A stretch of DNA of 64,000 nucleotides, from positions 186,001 to 250,000 of the forward strand of contig NEEC01000019.1 in assembly GCA_002189035.1 (NCBI GenBank). Reading direction: 5' to 3'. Positions 35,501 to 49,077 of this stretch are shown piece by piece (the first letter of the stretch is position 1; each line of letters opens with the position of its first letter). The position numbers and the translations under genes were made by a program. The notes beneath the pieces were generated by a model. That model was given only the letters and a program-made list of their open reading frames with translations. It had not been told where the DNA came from and made no database searches. The DNA comes from Utricularia gibba. Lineage: Eukaryota; Plantae; Magnoliophyta.

Positions 35501-37470
35501 GATCATAGCTGGGTGGTTTCTCCAATAGTTTCTCATAGGGAGATAAGTTCAGTCATTTCATGGGAGTTCAGTTGAGTAGATAGGTTGCCGTGAGGATGGC
35601 ATCACCCAAGAAGAATTTAGGCAATTCTGCCTAAAATAATAAGGCTTTGGTGATGTTGAGGAGGTATTGGTGTCTTCTCTCTACAATGTCTTTTTTTCTT
35701 TGCCGTCTCAACACAACTGTTTTGATGGAGAATTTCAAGGCATATCAAATCAACTAGTGAGTATTCGAGGGCTTGATCACTCCTTATTGTTTTAATACGT
35801 TTTCCAAACTGATTTTCAATCGTTGTGATAAACGTTGTGATGAGGGATGGTGCTTCCGATTTCATTCTCATCAGATACGTCCAAGTTGCTCGGGTTGTGT
35901 CTTTGATGATGGTAAGAAAGTAACGATATCCTCCATGAGCTCGAGTTTTGTACAGCCCCCAAGTGTCTAGATCCATGATGAGTGGGAAAGGGAAGTTTCC
36001 ACAACTTGGCTCATGGGCATGTAGTACAGACATGTGTTGGTAAACTATGAATCATGGGATGTGTTTTTGAGAGCTGTGAGATCACCGAGTGGAATGGGTG
36101 TCCCATTCGGTGATGCCATAGGTCAAAACTGCAAGAATTAACATTCGAAGCATGTAAATCATGTTCAGATAGCATCAAATTAGAGTGACAGCAAGAAGTA
36201 TTAGGTTATGAATGTTTAGGAAGAAAAAAATGCTGCTCAAATACGTAAAGCCCAGATTGAAGTTTAGCTTTCCCAATCGTCATCTTTAGATTCGAAGAAT
36301 CCTGTAGTAAACACTTAGTAGCAAAGAACATAGGAAGAACATTGCTGTTAGATTACAATTGAGAGACGTCAATGAGATTTACAAAAAATGTCAATATGTG
36401 TAATACGTTGTGTAGTGTTATATGACTATTGAGTCTAACTGTTCCTTTATGTAGAACTTGAACAGTGTGATTATTAGGAAATCTCACTTATGCTATGAAA
36501 GGAGTGTAGGATAGCTCGAGGTTGTAGCACATGTGTTCACTAGACTTGTCTATGATCCATGTGTGTGTGGTGGTTTGTGCAGAATTCACTAAGTTACTAG
36601 CATTGGCATTTATTGTTGGGTTCTCTTCTGGTTTTGCAGAAGTGTGGATTTCTTGTTCTAAGGTGAAGGCTCCCTTTGTCCAACATGTATTCGCCATTTG
36701 GTTGTTCTTAGTAGATCTTTGCAACAAGTTGTGTAGTTGACTCCTGGTAATGGAGATTACTTCTCCATCAATTGTTTGATCCTATGGCACAGAGCTGCTA
36801 TTATTGGCATAATAAGTATGAGGTTTATTTCCTTTGAGCTTTTTGTCTGTATTGAACTCAGGGGGCAATCTGATAATTTTTCAACATTGATCAATGTTAT
36901 GGTTGGTGCGGCAGCAGTTGGTGCAATATTTCCCTAAGTTTTTGTTTTTGTTTTTAGTGGGTAGAGGGCCTTTGTTCTAGAAAGCTGATGCTTCTAATTG
37001 GGTTGGGATAATAGGTTTCTTGAGATGGCCTTCTTCCTGAAATGTAGCTTGATAGACTTTGTTGATATTGGCAGCAATTTCTGATTTAGTAGCTATTGTC
37101 TCAGAGAGTGAAATTCAAAATTGATACCAGTCAAAAATTTATGTATAAGGTCTTTTGTGCGTTGTTCTTGCAGAGGTTGAAAATAGCCGTTGTTGCACTT
37201 GCCACATTTGCACAGACCAGAAGGGCAAGATGTATGATATTCTTGCCATAAAGTGGTTAGCTTATTAAAAAATTGATCGATGGACAGATTACTTTGAACC
37301 AAGCTGCCGATTTCATGTTGTAGATGTGCAACCCTATCTTCATTTGGGTGGGTGAATCTTTCTTTGAGTGTTTTCCAGATTTCTCTAGCTATTTCATGGT
37401 GTGTAATGGTAGTTGAGATGGTTGGCTCAATACACCTATGGTTATTAAGATCATTGCGAAAAATGGCTCA
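32510..37470 (-). mobile_element. Degenerate Ty1/copia internal region (gag, integrase, RT, start of RNase H)
   Basis: gag: SIDQFFNKLTTLWQE..C.CGKC..IHKFLTGIN. INT: MDLDTWG, RYFLTII.D.TRATWTYLM, IKTIRSD, GIKGFKLYDL..IFISRNVIFHE. RT: EPKNY.EA, IGCRWVFKNK, RLVAKGY, FDYEETFSPV, QLDIDNAFLNGEL, LLVYVDDII. Confidence 0.93.
34080..35233 (+). mobile_element. Probable Angela-lineage copia LTR (solo or partial) nested in the copia element
   Basis: Interrupts the host between the integrase tail and RT. Contains CCTATAGGGTCACACAC, GTGGATACCATAGAGG and AAATTCCGCTGC motifs typical of Angela LTRs, and ends AAACCCAAACA. The left boundary is uncertain. Confidence 0.55.
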
Positions 37471-38135
37471 AAGCACTTGGATTCACATTATGATAAGAAA
37501 ACTTTGAATTGGGCCCAATTTATCCTTAATTTGATGTCAAATTAAGTCTATTATTTTAATAAGACTATAATGTCTAGCCCATTTGAGTTGGACCATGTTA
37601 TTTAACCAATCTAAGAGATTTTTTTTTTAGAATAGGAGCAAAATCTAAAGCACAAATCCTAGCAGGAAGTTAAAATAGAAGAGAATATCAAAAAAAGAAA
37701 TCTAAGAGGAGACCGTTAGCAACCAACTAGGGAAAGAATCTTTAGGGGAAGATATTTACAATAACTTCTAAAAAATATGAGAAAAAAGTTGTTGGAATAT
37801 TCAATTAATATATTGATTGAGTAAGTTTATTCAATTAATTATTTGGTTTTGAATGACCAAAACTAACTTCCAAGTCTTATGTAAGATTAGGGATGAGGTT
37901 AGATCTTATGTATTTCCTAATTTTACAAATTCAGTTGATACGTGTCGTTTCCACAATAAATTTTAATATTTTTAAAATTTGTAAAACACAAAAGCATAGT
38001 ACGGTTTTCAGAGAGTTGTTTTTCAATGAAAGGTAAAGTTATACCAAATACAACTGTCACGATTTGTAAACGGGTTTGTAAATAAAAGGTGCGAGAAACG
38101 TAAATGATGAAGCTTGAGTAAGGAAGTAAGAGGGT

Positions 38136-39477
38136 TGTTGCGTGTCGTTTCCACAACAAATTTTAATACTTTTAAAACTCGTAAAACACAAAAGCATAGT
38201 ACGGGTGTCGAACACAGGGAGTTGTTTTTGAGTGAAAGGTGAGGCACCCCAAATACAACTGTCACGATTTGTAAACGGTTTTGAAGGTAAAAAGTGTGAG
38301 AAACATTGGTGATGAAGCTTGAGTAAGGGAATAAGAGGGTTTTGAACAGACAACTGAAATAAACGTAAGCGATGAATCTTAAATAAAGTAAGTGTTCCTG
38401 GCTTTGGAATCCTATCCAGCTATGTTCATTGCATATTCACTCTTCTTTGGTCCTCTCGAGTACTCGATTATAGGAATAAAGAATTGCCTACCCTCTCTTA
38501 CACTCTCTTCCAAGAAGGCACGAGAATAGCCCGATGTTGCTCCTCCTTGGACGAACGTGAGAATAAGAGATACTGCCAGCGTACCCTCACGGCCGAATTG
38601 GGCGTGTGTGCCCGAGTGTTGCCAATGACCCAATGAGTCCAGATACGAGGTCACTAACTGTTCATTGATCCTGAGGTACGGCCACAGACAAAACATTGTC
38701 TTTCTCCTGCCAAAAGGGCTCGAGTTGGTGCTTTCCATCTTGCTCCTCTCCAAAATCCGCTGGTAATGATCAGCTAACCATGAACCTTGAATAAAGGGAC
38801 TGTTACAAAAAGACTGCAACATAGTCGCGCGAAGACATACGAAACCCGTTCGGATTCAAAGAAAATGTGAAGATAAGCTAATGAAACATAGATCTGATGG
38901 TGTTCCAACCCAGAAACGGAAGTTTCTAGCTGCGAACAGCCATACAAACTAAAGAAAATGAAACAAGGTTCTAGAGAGAAGCCAGAAGAAAATTCCTCTA
39001 GAGAGAGAAATAAAAGGGAAAACTAAACTAACTACCACTCACGTCTGAGCAGAATGGAACTTCAATGAGAGTCTGAGATTTCGTGTTCTTGTAATTATGC
39101 TGAACTTGGGATGACTTGCAAGCAACGTCTGACACTGGTACGCTAATGATGCCGCCTGTCAGAGACTCCCATGATCCGCACATCAAGGCTCATGATTAGG
39201 CGTCTGCAGTCTTCCGGAAATCAAGGGAATGTCAGCTCGGGAAGATCCAATTTGTCGCCATCTGATACCCTCTTTCTCTCACTTCCTGCCACGTGTGCAC
39301 CTCTAGAAAAACTCAATTAAAATTAGTAAAATTATTACATAAAATACCAAATTTAGGATAATTACCCTAAACTAGACAAAAACCTAAATCTCATATTATA
39401 GACCCCTAATTAGACACTTCTAATCACAATTAGACATAAAAACAACCTAAGAAATAGTAAGAAAATGACACTTAACA
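38136..39477 (-). mobile_element. Family B solo LTR (inner, 1342 bp)
   Basis: TGTTGCGTGTCG...GACACTTAACA, inserted 200 bp inside the outer copy; no TSD (AGGGT vs ACGAA). Confidence 0.9.
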
Positions 39478-39605
39478 ACGAAAATAAACGTCAGCGATGA
39501 ACCTTAAATAAAGTGAATATTCCTGGGATTGGAATTCTGCCCAGCTACGTTCGTCACGTCTCAACTCTTCTCTAGTCTTCTCAAGTACTCGGTTATAGGA
39601 ATAAA

Positions 39606-41428
39606 GAATTGCCTAGCCTCCTTTACACTCTCTTGCAAGAAGGTACGGGAATAGCCGGATGTTGCTCCTTCTTGGACGAACATGAAGATAAGAGGTCCTG
39701 CCAACGTACCCTCATGGTCGAATTGTGCTAGTATGCCTGAGTGTTGCCAATGACCCAATGAGTCCAAATACAAGGTCACTATCTATCCATTGATCCTAAG
39801 GTATGGCCATAGACAAAACATTGTCTTCCTCCTGTCAAAAGGACATGAGTTGGTGCTTTCCACTTTGCTCTTTTTCAAAACTCGCAATAAGGGGATTGTT
39901 ACAGAAAGACTATAATATAGTCGCGCGAAGACATACGAAACCCATTCGGATTCAAACAAGAGATGAAGATCAACTAACGAAACATAGATATGGGAGTATC
40001 CCAACCCAAAAAACGAAAGTTTCTAATCAAGAGCGACCAAACAAACTAAGGAAATGAAAACAAAGTTTTAGAGAGAAGATAGTGAATTCTCAATGTCTGC
40101 AGAAAAGTGAATTCTCAATGTCTGAACTGAACTTCAATAAAGGTATGAGGTTTCATGTCCCCTTAGTCCTGCTGTGAATTGGAATGGCTTGCAAGGAAGC
40201 TTCTGTTCTGACATTGGTACGTTAATGATTTCACCTATCAGAGACTTCCGTGTCCCTCACGTCAAGGCTCATGATTATGCGTCTGCAGTCTTCCGGAAAT
40301 TAAGGAGACGTCAATTCGGGAAGATGCATTTTGTCATCATCTACCACCTTCTTTCTCTCACTTCCTGCTACATGTGCATCTCTAGAAAAACTTGAAGAAA
40401 ACTAGATAAAATATTGGATAAAATACAAGATTTAGAAAAATTACCCTAAACTAGATAAAAACCTAAATCTTATATTATAAACTCCTTACGAAAATATTCT
40501 AATCACATTTAGACATAAAAATTGCCTCATGGTCGAATTGCCTAGCCTCCTTTACACTCTCTTGCAAGAAGGTACGGGAATAGCCGGATGTTGCTCCTTC
40601 TTGGACGAACATGAAGATAAGAGGTCCTGCCAACGTACCCTCATGGTCGAATTGTGCTAGTATGCCTGAGTGTTGCCAATGACCCAATGTCTATCCATTG
40701 ATCCTAAGGTATGGCCATAGACAAAACATTGTCTTCCTCCTGTCAAAAGGACATGAGTTGGTGCTTTCCACTTTGCTCTTTTTCAAAACTCGCAATAAGG
40801 GGATTGTTACAGAAAGACTATAATATAGTCGCGCGAAGACATACGAAACCCATTCGGATTCAAACAAGAGATGAAGATCAACTAACGAAACATAGATATG
40901 GGAGTATCCCAACCCAAAAAACGAAAGTTTCTAATCAAGAGCGACCAAACAAACTAAGGAAATGAAAACAAAGTTTTAGAGAGAAGATAGTGAATTCTCA
41001 ATGTCTGCAGAAAAGTGAATTCTCAATGTCTGAACTGAACTTCAATAAAGGTATGAGGTTTCATGTCCCCTTAGTCCTGCTGTGAATTGGAATGGCTTGC
41101 AAGGAAGCTTCTGTTCTGACATTGGTACGTTAATGATTTCACCTATCAGAGACTTCCGTGTCCCTCACGTCAAGGCTCATGATTATGCGTCTGCAGTCTT
41201 CCGGAAATTAAGGAGACGTCAATTCGGGAAGATGCATTTTGTCATCATCTACCACCTTCTTTCTCTCACTTCCTGCTACATGTGCATCTCTAGAAAAACT
41301 TGAAGAAAACTAGATAAAATATTGGATAAAATACAAGATTTAGAAAAATTACCCTAAACTAGATAAAAACCTAAATCTTATATTATAAACTCCTTACGAA
41401 AATATTCTAATCACATTTAGACATAAAA
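39606..41428. repeat. Near-identical ~0.9-kb tandem duplication (39606-40520 and 40535-41428)
   Basis: Three ORFs repeat with identical translations at offset 908. Copy 2 has a 21-bp deletion, and a 14-bp filler sits at the junction. Confidence 0.97.
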
Positions 41429-41738
41429 AAAGCCTAAAAGATAGTGAGAAAATGACACTTAACATCAATTGTGTCTTATCTAATTATTCCTACTAAATAA
41501 AAGGAAGTTTCTCCTTTCACATGAACCATTTTAATCCTGGGAGTAGTTGATCAAACCAAATGATCAAAAAGACCTTTAAGATATTGGATTATCGATCCAT
41601 GATTTTTTATTTTTTGTTTTTATTACTTTTCAACCAACAATCTTAAGGTATTTCTTTGATGACACCCGATCCCAATGTTGTTTCAAGCAATCCTACTTCT
41701 GTTTCTATTTTTGTTTCCATTAGTGTCTTTTCCAAAAT

Positions 41739-44700
41739 ATGGCCACTAATGTCACAACCAGTCTACCCCAAACCTCCCCTAGTGCAATACAACCTATCAC
41801 AAAAAACTTTCCTAATATTTTCAAGATTGAATCTTTCAATGGTCAACACTATTGTAGATGGCAAGATCAGATCTACAAACTCGTGGATATGCATGTTGCT
41901 ACTTGGGCCTTGACAATCTCCAAATCAAATGCATCAGATCTACTCTACACAGATTGGGAATGAGCTAACCGGGTATGCCGCCATACAATTATCTCCATCT
42001 TATCAAATTCTCTTTTTGATGTCTATGTAGCATTCAAGGAGGTCATCTTAATCTAGCAATCCATGATTGCCAAATACATTATTGAGGATGTTGTCAACTC
42101 CAGATTTGTAGTCTCCATTGTTACTAGTGGAAAATAGATGAAGGGATATTGTTGTTCACTTGGAATGATTTTTACCACCTATTAGACAACATGGCTACGT
42201 AAAATATACAACTCCTACCACCTTTTGTTGATAAAATAATGATCAAGAAATTGCATAAAAGCTAGAAAGCCTAAAAAAATAATATGAAATACTCAGATCA
42301 AAAGTTGAGTCTAGAGCAGCTAATCAATCTCATTGCTATTGAGTCAAAACACAAGAAGACTAAAAAATCTAGAAGTAATTATGTACAAGCCAATTTGACA
42401 GAAAGCAATCAAAGAAGGTACAACTAAAAACTCAATTCAAAGAAATGTGATTCTCTTGTGATTGTTGACAAACCCTTTAAGAAGAAAAGCAAATAATGTT
42501 TTGTGTGTGGAACTAGGTCACCAAACAATACAGTGTAAACACAGAAAGGTAGGAAAAAAATAGTGATGAGCACCCCAAAACCAAGGTTAATATGATTGAA
42601 GGTAAGAAGGAAGAATCTTTCATTGTCGTAATTAACTATTTGAACATAATTAGTGGATCTTGAATTCTAGAGCTGTATCATATGTGTGCAAAGAAAGAAT
42701 CATTTTTTAACTATCCTTTTTGAGGAAAAATACACAAAAATTGATGCAATTCAGAGATGAATCTAAAAGTCCGCCGACCTGCAGGGATTCAAAGCAGGAG
42801 GTAGTTATCTATTGATAGGACTATAAGCAAGGTCAAGCAAATCCTGCTAAACAAAGAAAGTACCTGACTTCCACAAATAAGTTGGATAGTGCTCTTTTAT
42901 AATTAGAAGTCCAACTCAAGATAAAAGAGATTCTGCATTTATTACTTCTCTTGTAACCTCCTTTCATTTTTTTTAGTGGAATCACTTTCTTCGATAAGCT
43001 CCTCTAACTCTAGTTTTTTGTAACAATAATTTCAAATAAAAAAAATCTTCATCTCCTCTTCTCATTTTTCAAATAATCAAAATCGGAACTTAATCTCGAT
43101 AAATTGACTAACTACCAATTTACCCCTCAGAAATCAACACATCACCCATAATTCAATTTTTGACCACAACATTATGAGAAGACTTTATTATATTCCCCTG
43201 AATCAAATGGGGTAGCAAAAAGAAAAAAAATAGAACATTGAAAGAAATGATGAATTCAATACTCATGGGCTCCATTCCTCCTGAAAACTTGTGGGGAGAA
43301 ACCATCTTAACTACATGTCATATCCAAAATAGAATTCCACAAAAGAAAACCAAAAAAGCTCCATGTGAGATATGAAAAAGCTAGACTCCTCTAAACATTT
43401 GAGAGTATAGGGATGTTTAACAAAATAATGTTACATGACCCAAAGAAAAGAAAAATTAGATCAAAAACAATAGTTTGTTTGTTCATAGCATATCTTTATA
43501 AAAGTACTACATATCGATTCCATGTGTTAAGAAGACTGATGTCCTTCATCATCACACTATTTTGAAAATGAAAAATATTGAATTCCTTAAGAATGTTTTC
43601 TCACTCAAGGAAAATAAATGCAAGATAAATAAGATTTCTACTAATAACAACGTGGTTTCAAATGGTATGCAATCCTCAAGTGAAATCATGAGAAGAAATA
43701 TCTAGCAAATTATGAAATCGACTTTGATGATGACTTCTATGTGTATCTCATAGATAGAGAGCTTTTGTAAAATGGCTATTAAATCAACTTTGGTGTTTAC
43801 TGAATTGACTTCTTCATTTGACCCAAATTGTGTAAAATGGCTATTAAAATTGAGATTGATTCTTTGCAAAATAATCAAGTGCAGGAGGTGGTAAATCTAT
43901 TATAAAGAGCAAAACTTTTTTTGCTGTAAGTTAATATTTAAGAAAAAATTATATCCATATTACAAATACAAAGTCATATTGACTGCAAAAGAATTTTCAT
44001 GAAAGTCTAATGTCAACTATTTCGACACATTTGCTTCAGTGGTTCAATTCTCTTTTGTTCATGTACTGATAACACTTGCCTCTATTCACAACTTAGTGAT
44101 TCATCAATTCTCTTTCTAAATGATGAATTAGAGGAAGAAATGTATTTGGTTCAATCCGAGAGATGTACAATTATAGAACAAGAGAACCAAGTCTACAAAC
44201 TGAGGAAGTCATTATATGGCCTAAAATAGACATTCAAATAGTGGAATGAGAAATTCAATAGTATATTAATATTATTTGGATTTACAATATTATTAGTAGA
44301 AAAATGCATATATATCACGTTAATCAATAACTGGTGTTTTACTACTATTTTACATGTAGATGATCTCTTTATATTTGCTTCTAATATTGAGGTTGTTATC
44401 AATATTAAATTATTTATATCTTCAAGGTTTGCTATGAAAGATATGGGTGAAGTCTCATATATTGTTGGAGTTAAGATCATAAAACGTGATCAAGGTTTCA
44501 TACTTGATAAACGAAAAATTATGCAATGTCGTTAAATGCAAATTTTCCTATCAAATAAATTTATAACCTAATCCACATTCAAGCATAAAACAATTATGAG
44601 CATAGTGATTAGGGTCGAACACGAAGAGCAAGTGCTTGTCAAATGATTAGCCAAAGCATGAAATCAGTGTCACGTTGGTAAATTGGTCTTAACTAGGACT

Positions 44701-46420
44701 AAGGCAGGACTCTAACGAAATACAGTAAAGAAAAGTAACAAGTTTGGATTCGGTAGTTTCTGGAATAGAATGGGTGATGCCTTGGGACTCCTAGAGAATG
44801 TATGTCTATCACTAAACAAGCTCACCTAAATCATAAATCATACAACTAACTCACAAGATCTAGGTCTACCCGGATTCTTGTTTTCCCCCCTAATTTTTGA
44901 TCTACCTCTAATGAGGGTTGTTAAGTTGGGTTTCACTACTTCTCCCTCTTGGATCTATCCTGGTTTGTTAAGAAAGTGGCGTGATTCATGGTTTATTAAG
45001 TCTAAGGATAGATTAGTATATTTCTCCTCTTTTCACCCCAAGGCACCCCCCTAAGTGTTTAGCTACTCATGCTTAAGTTAAACGAAAGTGGAAAAGAAAA
45101 CATCACCCACAGTATGCTCATTTCACAGTCGAATACCAGAAAGCAAACAAGCAAGTAGTGTGAAATGTCGACAAAAACTAAAAACGTCGCTAGCTACTCT
45201 TAGCTAGTAGTAATATTCTTCGAAAACAGAAATTAGTCTTGAACTTCAGCTTCGTTCCTATTTGTCTTCCTTCTTCTTCCTCCCCATAAAACCTTCTCCA
45301 GACATTTGTTCGTGAGTCTCCAAGGGGAGATCTGTCTTCTCTCTCATCTTCCCTCCCTTTTTGTCCAAAATCTCACTTTTTCACCTCCTTGGACTTTGTG
45401 TGTACTCTTTTTCAGACTTCTGTCACCTTCTCTGCCACCACACTATTCATATTCAGCTCCTTGTGATTTGTGTTGCGATCTGTGCTGCATTGTTCGAAGG
45501 AAACTATTAGAAGGTTGGCACTACTACGGTACTTATGTGCAAAAATATAGAACTAGGCAATAAAGCTTAATTTTTGTAGCACAAAATGAGTAAATTATAT
45601 GCATTGAGTCACTCAAAAATATGTGTTATCAATACTAATACATGATTATCATGCAGAAAACTCCTAAGGAAGTGTAATCACTTTCGAAGTGAAGTTTATG
45701 AGAACATCATATGATCCAAGCATGAAACTAGAAAAATAGGACACATAGAACATCTCAACATGAATATGCACAAATCATAGGTAGCTTGTATCTTATGAAC
45801 TAAATGAAGCTTGACATTGCATATATAATGGGCAAATTAAATAGATATATTCATTGTCCATGTGATGAATAGTAGACAACTTTGCAATTATTGAAACATC
45901 TAAGAGGAACCATGCACTATGATATATATTATACTAGAAATCAATCAATATTGGAAAACTAAAGTAATGTCAGTTGGATTTCAAACACTAATGAGGCTAA
46001 AGTCACTAATGGATTTGCTTTTACTTTGAAAGGTGGTATACTTGCATGAAAATCCACTGAACAAATTTTAATTTCAAAATCTACAATGAAAGTTAAATTC
46101 ATTGACGTAAATCTAAGAAGAGTAGAAGATGAGTGGTTGAAAGTCTTCTAAGAGATATTCCACAGAGTTTAAGATTTAAAGCTCCTATATTGATAAATTG
46201 TGATTGTCAATCGGCAATAGCCATTGCTAAGAACAAATCTTATAATGGAAAAAAAACATTTATATGCAATTAAACCAAGTATTGTAAAATAATTATTGAG
46301 AATGGAGTAATCTCATTAGATTACATGAAAACGTCAATGAATTTGGTTAATCTATTGAACAAATCTTTCAATAGAGAGAAGATTTATGATCTTTCAAGGA
46401 AATGGGACTAAAGTGTTTAG
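41739..46420 (+). mobile_element. Highly degenerate Ty1/copia internal region
   Basis: gag: KIESFNGQHYCRWQ..ANRVCRHTIISILSNSLFDVY. INT: YSPESNGVA..RTLKEMMNSIL, LWGETILT. RT: LYGLK, HVDDL, FAMKDMGE. RNase H: NCDCQSAIAIAKNKSYNGK. Confidence 0.9.
44505..45631 (-). mobile_element. Family A solo LTR (1127 bp) with a perfect 5-bp TSD, nested in copia RT
   Basis: TGATAAACG...GTGTTATCA, flanked by ATACT at 44500-44504 and 45632-45636. Confidence 0.96.
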
Positions 46421-48186
46421 AAAAAACTATAATGATGATAAACCTATTCATAATGAGAAAAATACTCAAATTGAGTTCATAAGAATAGCAACAAGTTATC
46501 ATTAATTCTGAGAACACAAGTTATTCTTTGGGAAGAGACCTTGGGTGTTGAAGACAATCGAAGGAGAAGAACTACTAAAAATATTTTATGGGCTTTCCTT
46601 GACTTCTATTTACTGCCTTTTGACCTAATGATATAACTATTTAACTGTTTTGCTAGTTTTCTTGTTACATTTTAGTTGTTATCTCTTTATTTTTAGAGAC
46701 GAAAATGACATTGAATGTGTTGTGTCTCTAAGTTAAAAGTTTTCTTGACTATTTCATCAGCTATAAATGTCTTTACTTTACGATTGAATTATAATGTTTA
46801 ATCTGTATAATATGATTAATGTTTTATACTTTAGTAGACTGCACTAGAAATTTTAATTTTCTCTATAATTTATTTTCAAACTCTCTAAAAAAATAATATC
46901 CTTTGTTTAATTAGTTTACATATAAAATTTGCTATTAAAACTAATTGTTCTTTATAAATCAATTTGTATTTACTGCTATTTTATTTATTTTTATATAGAA
47001 TGTTTGTAAATTATGTATTCAACTTATTAATGTTTTGATGAGAAAAATGTTTAAACCCATGACACCTATAGAAAATTCCTTTCATTGTTGTTGGGTAGAC
47101 CCAGCACTAGTGGCAAATTAATGTAGTTGAAATTCAAGAATTTCAACTATTCAATACTAACGAAAAGTATTATAACATTTAAGAATTTCATCAATATGCT
47201 CTTTTAAAATTTAAATTTTATAATTTTATTAATTTTTATTAGTCTACTTTTGGAAATAATATTTAGAAAACTGAAATATTATTTATTGTACTTTCAGAAA
47301 CTTAGTAATATGACGTGAATTTTATAATTTTCGAAAATTATGCACTTATCATTGCATCATACCACATATTCGATATCTGTTAAGTGAAGTGAGCGGGGGC
47401 TAAAGTCAATAATTAATGGTTTTTGTCTCAAAAAATTTACATGACTTTCAATTCAAAATGAAAAAAAACTAATAATACATAAATTTTACAGTAAGTCTCA
47501 AATAGAAAAGGATGTGTTATTTTATGCAAATCTGAATTTTATTAATAATATCATTTTTAAGTAGTGAATAATAGAATTTGGATTTTATTTATAAACTTGG
47601 ACTAAATCATTAATTTAATCTAATGATTTCTTCCTAAACTTAGTAGCATAATTATTAGATATTAAAATCAAAACCATCTCTAAGATTATGAAAAATCATA
47701 TTTAGTTTAGAAAAAAACAAGCACCAGCCATGTGTAAAGGAAGAAGAAGTTATAGAATGAGAGGATGTAATACAAATAAGAAAAAAAGAGAAAGAATAAA
47801 TGACATACGGTCCTTCAGAAAGGAAGGGAAAAAAGAGAATAATAGAAGTAGAAGAAGGTGATGGAATGCACGAGGATTCGAAGAGCAAAAAAAAAACAAA
47901 AAACAAGTGAAAAAAATGGAAGAAAAGAAGGTATTTTTTTCCAAGGTTGAAGAACCGAGATATGATCACAATAACTATTCTCAATTAGGAATAGATTCAT
48001 AGAACAATAATAAATTATTTTATGTTTATTTATCTATTTCAACTGAATATGTTTTAAGTTCATATTTATCATTTTGTTTGAAAAACTATTACTATGCATG
48101 TCTACGTATTTTTATGAGCATGTTCCATTTACCTTATGAGGAGTAGCTAGACTAAAATAATGCCTTAGGAAAAAAAGAAGATGTGT

Positions 48187-49077
48187 TGTTGAGTATCATT
48201 TTCTAACTATGTTTTAGATCATTTTAGATGTTTAAATGTAATTAGAATTGTCGAATTATGAGTTTATAATATAAGATTTAGGTTTTATCTAAATTAGGAT
48301 AATTATCCTAAATCTTGTATTTTATTTAATATTTTTGTTAATTTTGTTAAAGTTTTTCAAGAGGCGAACATATGATAGGAATTGTGAGAAAGAAAGTAAC
48401 AAATGACAACAAAACAGATATTCCAGAATTGACATCTTGATCACTACCAACGAGTTTTGAAGAGGAACAAGATGGAAAACACCAACTCATACCCTTTTGA
48501 AAGGAGGGAGACAATGTTTTGTGTATAATTGTACTTCAAGAACAATGGACAGATAGTGACCTCATATTTGTACTCATTGGGTCATTGGCAACACTCGAGT
48601 ACATGCGTGCAATTCAATCCATGAGGATACGATGGTAGGATCTCTTATATTCATATTCGTCCAAAAAGGAGCAACATCAGACTATTCCCGTGTCTTCTTA
48701 CAAGAGAGTGTAAGGGAGGATAGACAATTTCTTACTCCTATAACCGAATACTTGAGAAGATCATAGAAGAATAGAGATGCAACAAACATAATTGGGCAGG
48801 ATTCCAATCCTAGAAATATTCTCTTTATTTAAAATTTATCGTTTAAATTTATTTCCATTGTTTATTTATAACCTCCTTATTTCCTTACTCAATCTTCATC
48901 ACTTACGTTTCTCGTACTTTTTACTTTACAAACCATTTACAAATTGTGATAGTTGTATTTGGTGCAACTTCAACTTTCATTGAAAAACAACTCAATGTAT
49001 TTGACACCGTACTACGCATTTTGTGTTTTATGAGTTTTAAGAATATTTAAAATTTGTTGTGGAAACAATGCGCATCA
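48187..49077 (+). mobile_element. Family B solo LTR with an internal deletion, inside an older family A-like LTR relic
   Basis: Starts TGTTGAGTATCATTTTC (consensus TGTTAAGTGTCATTTTC) and ends GTGGAAACAATGCGCATCA. Confidence 0.85.

Larger units (their letters stand above)
37936..41464 (-). mobile_element. Family B solo LTR (outer), expanded by a nested LTR and an internal duplication
   Basis: Termini TGATACGTGTCG (37936) and GACACTTAACA (41464); flanks TCAGT/TCAAT form a 4-of-5 TSD. Confidence 0.9.

Noticed and set aside
38412-41303. Recurrent 70-136-aa ORFs (e.g. ...YLDSLGHWQHSG...) as a novel gene family
   Set aside because: They are open frames within repeated family B LTR copies, differ in frame and stops between copies, and show no protein motifs.
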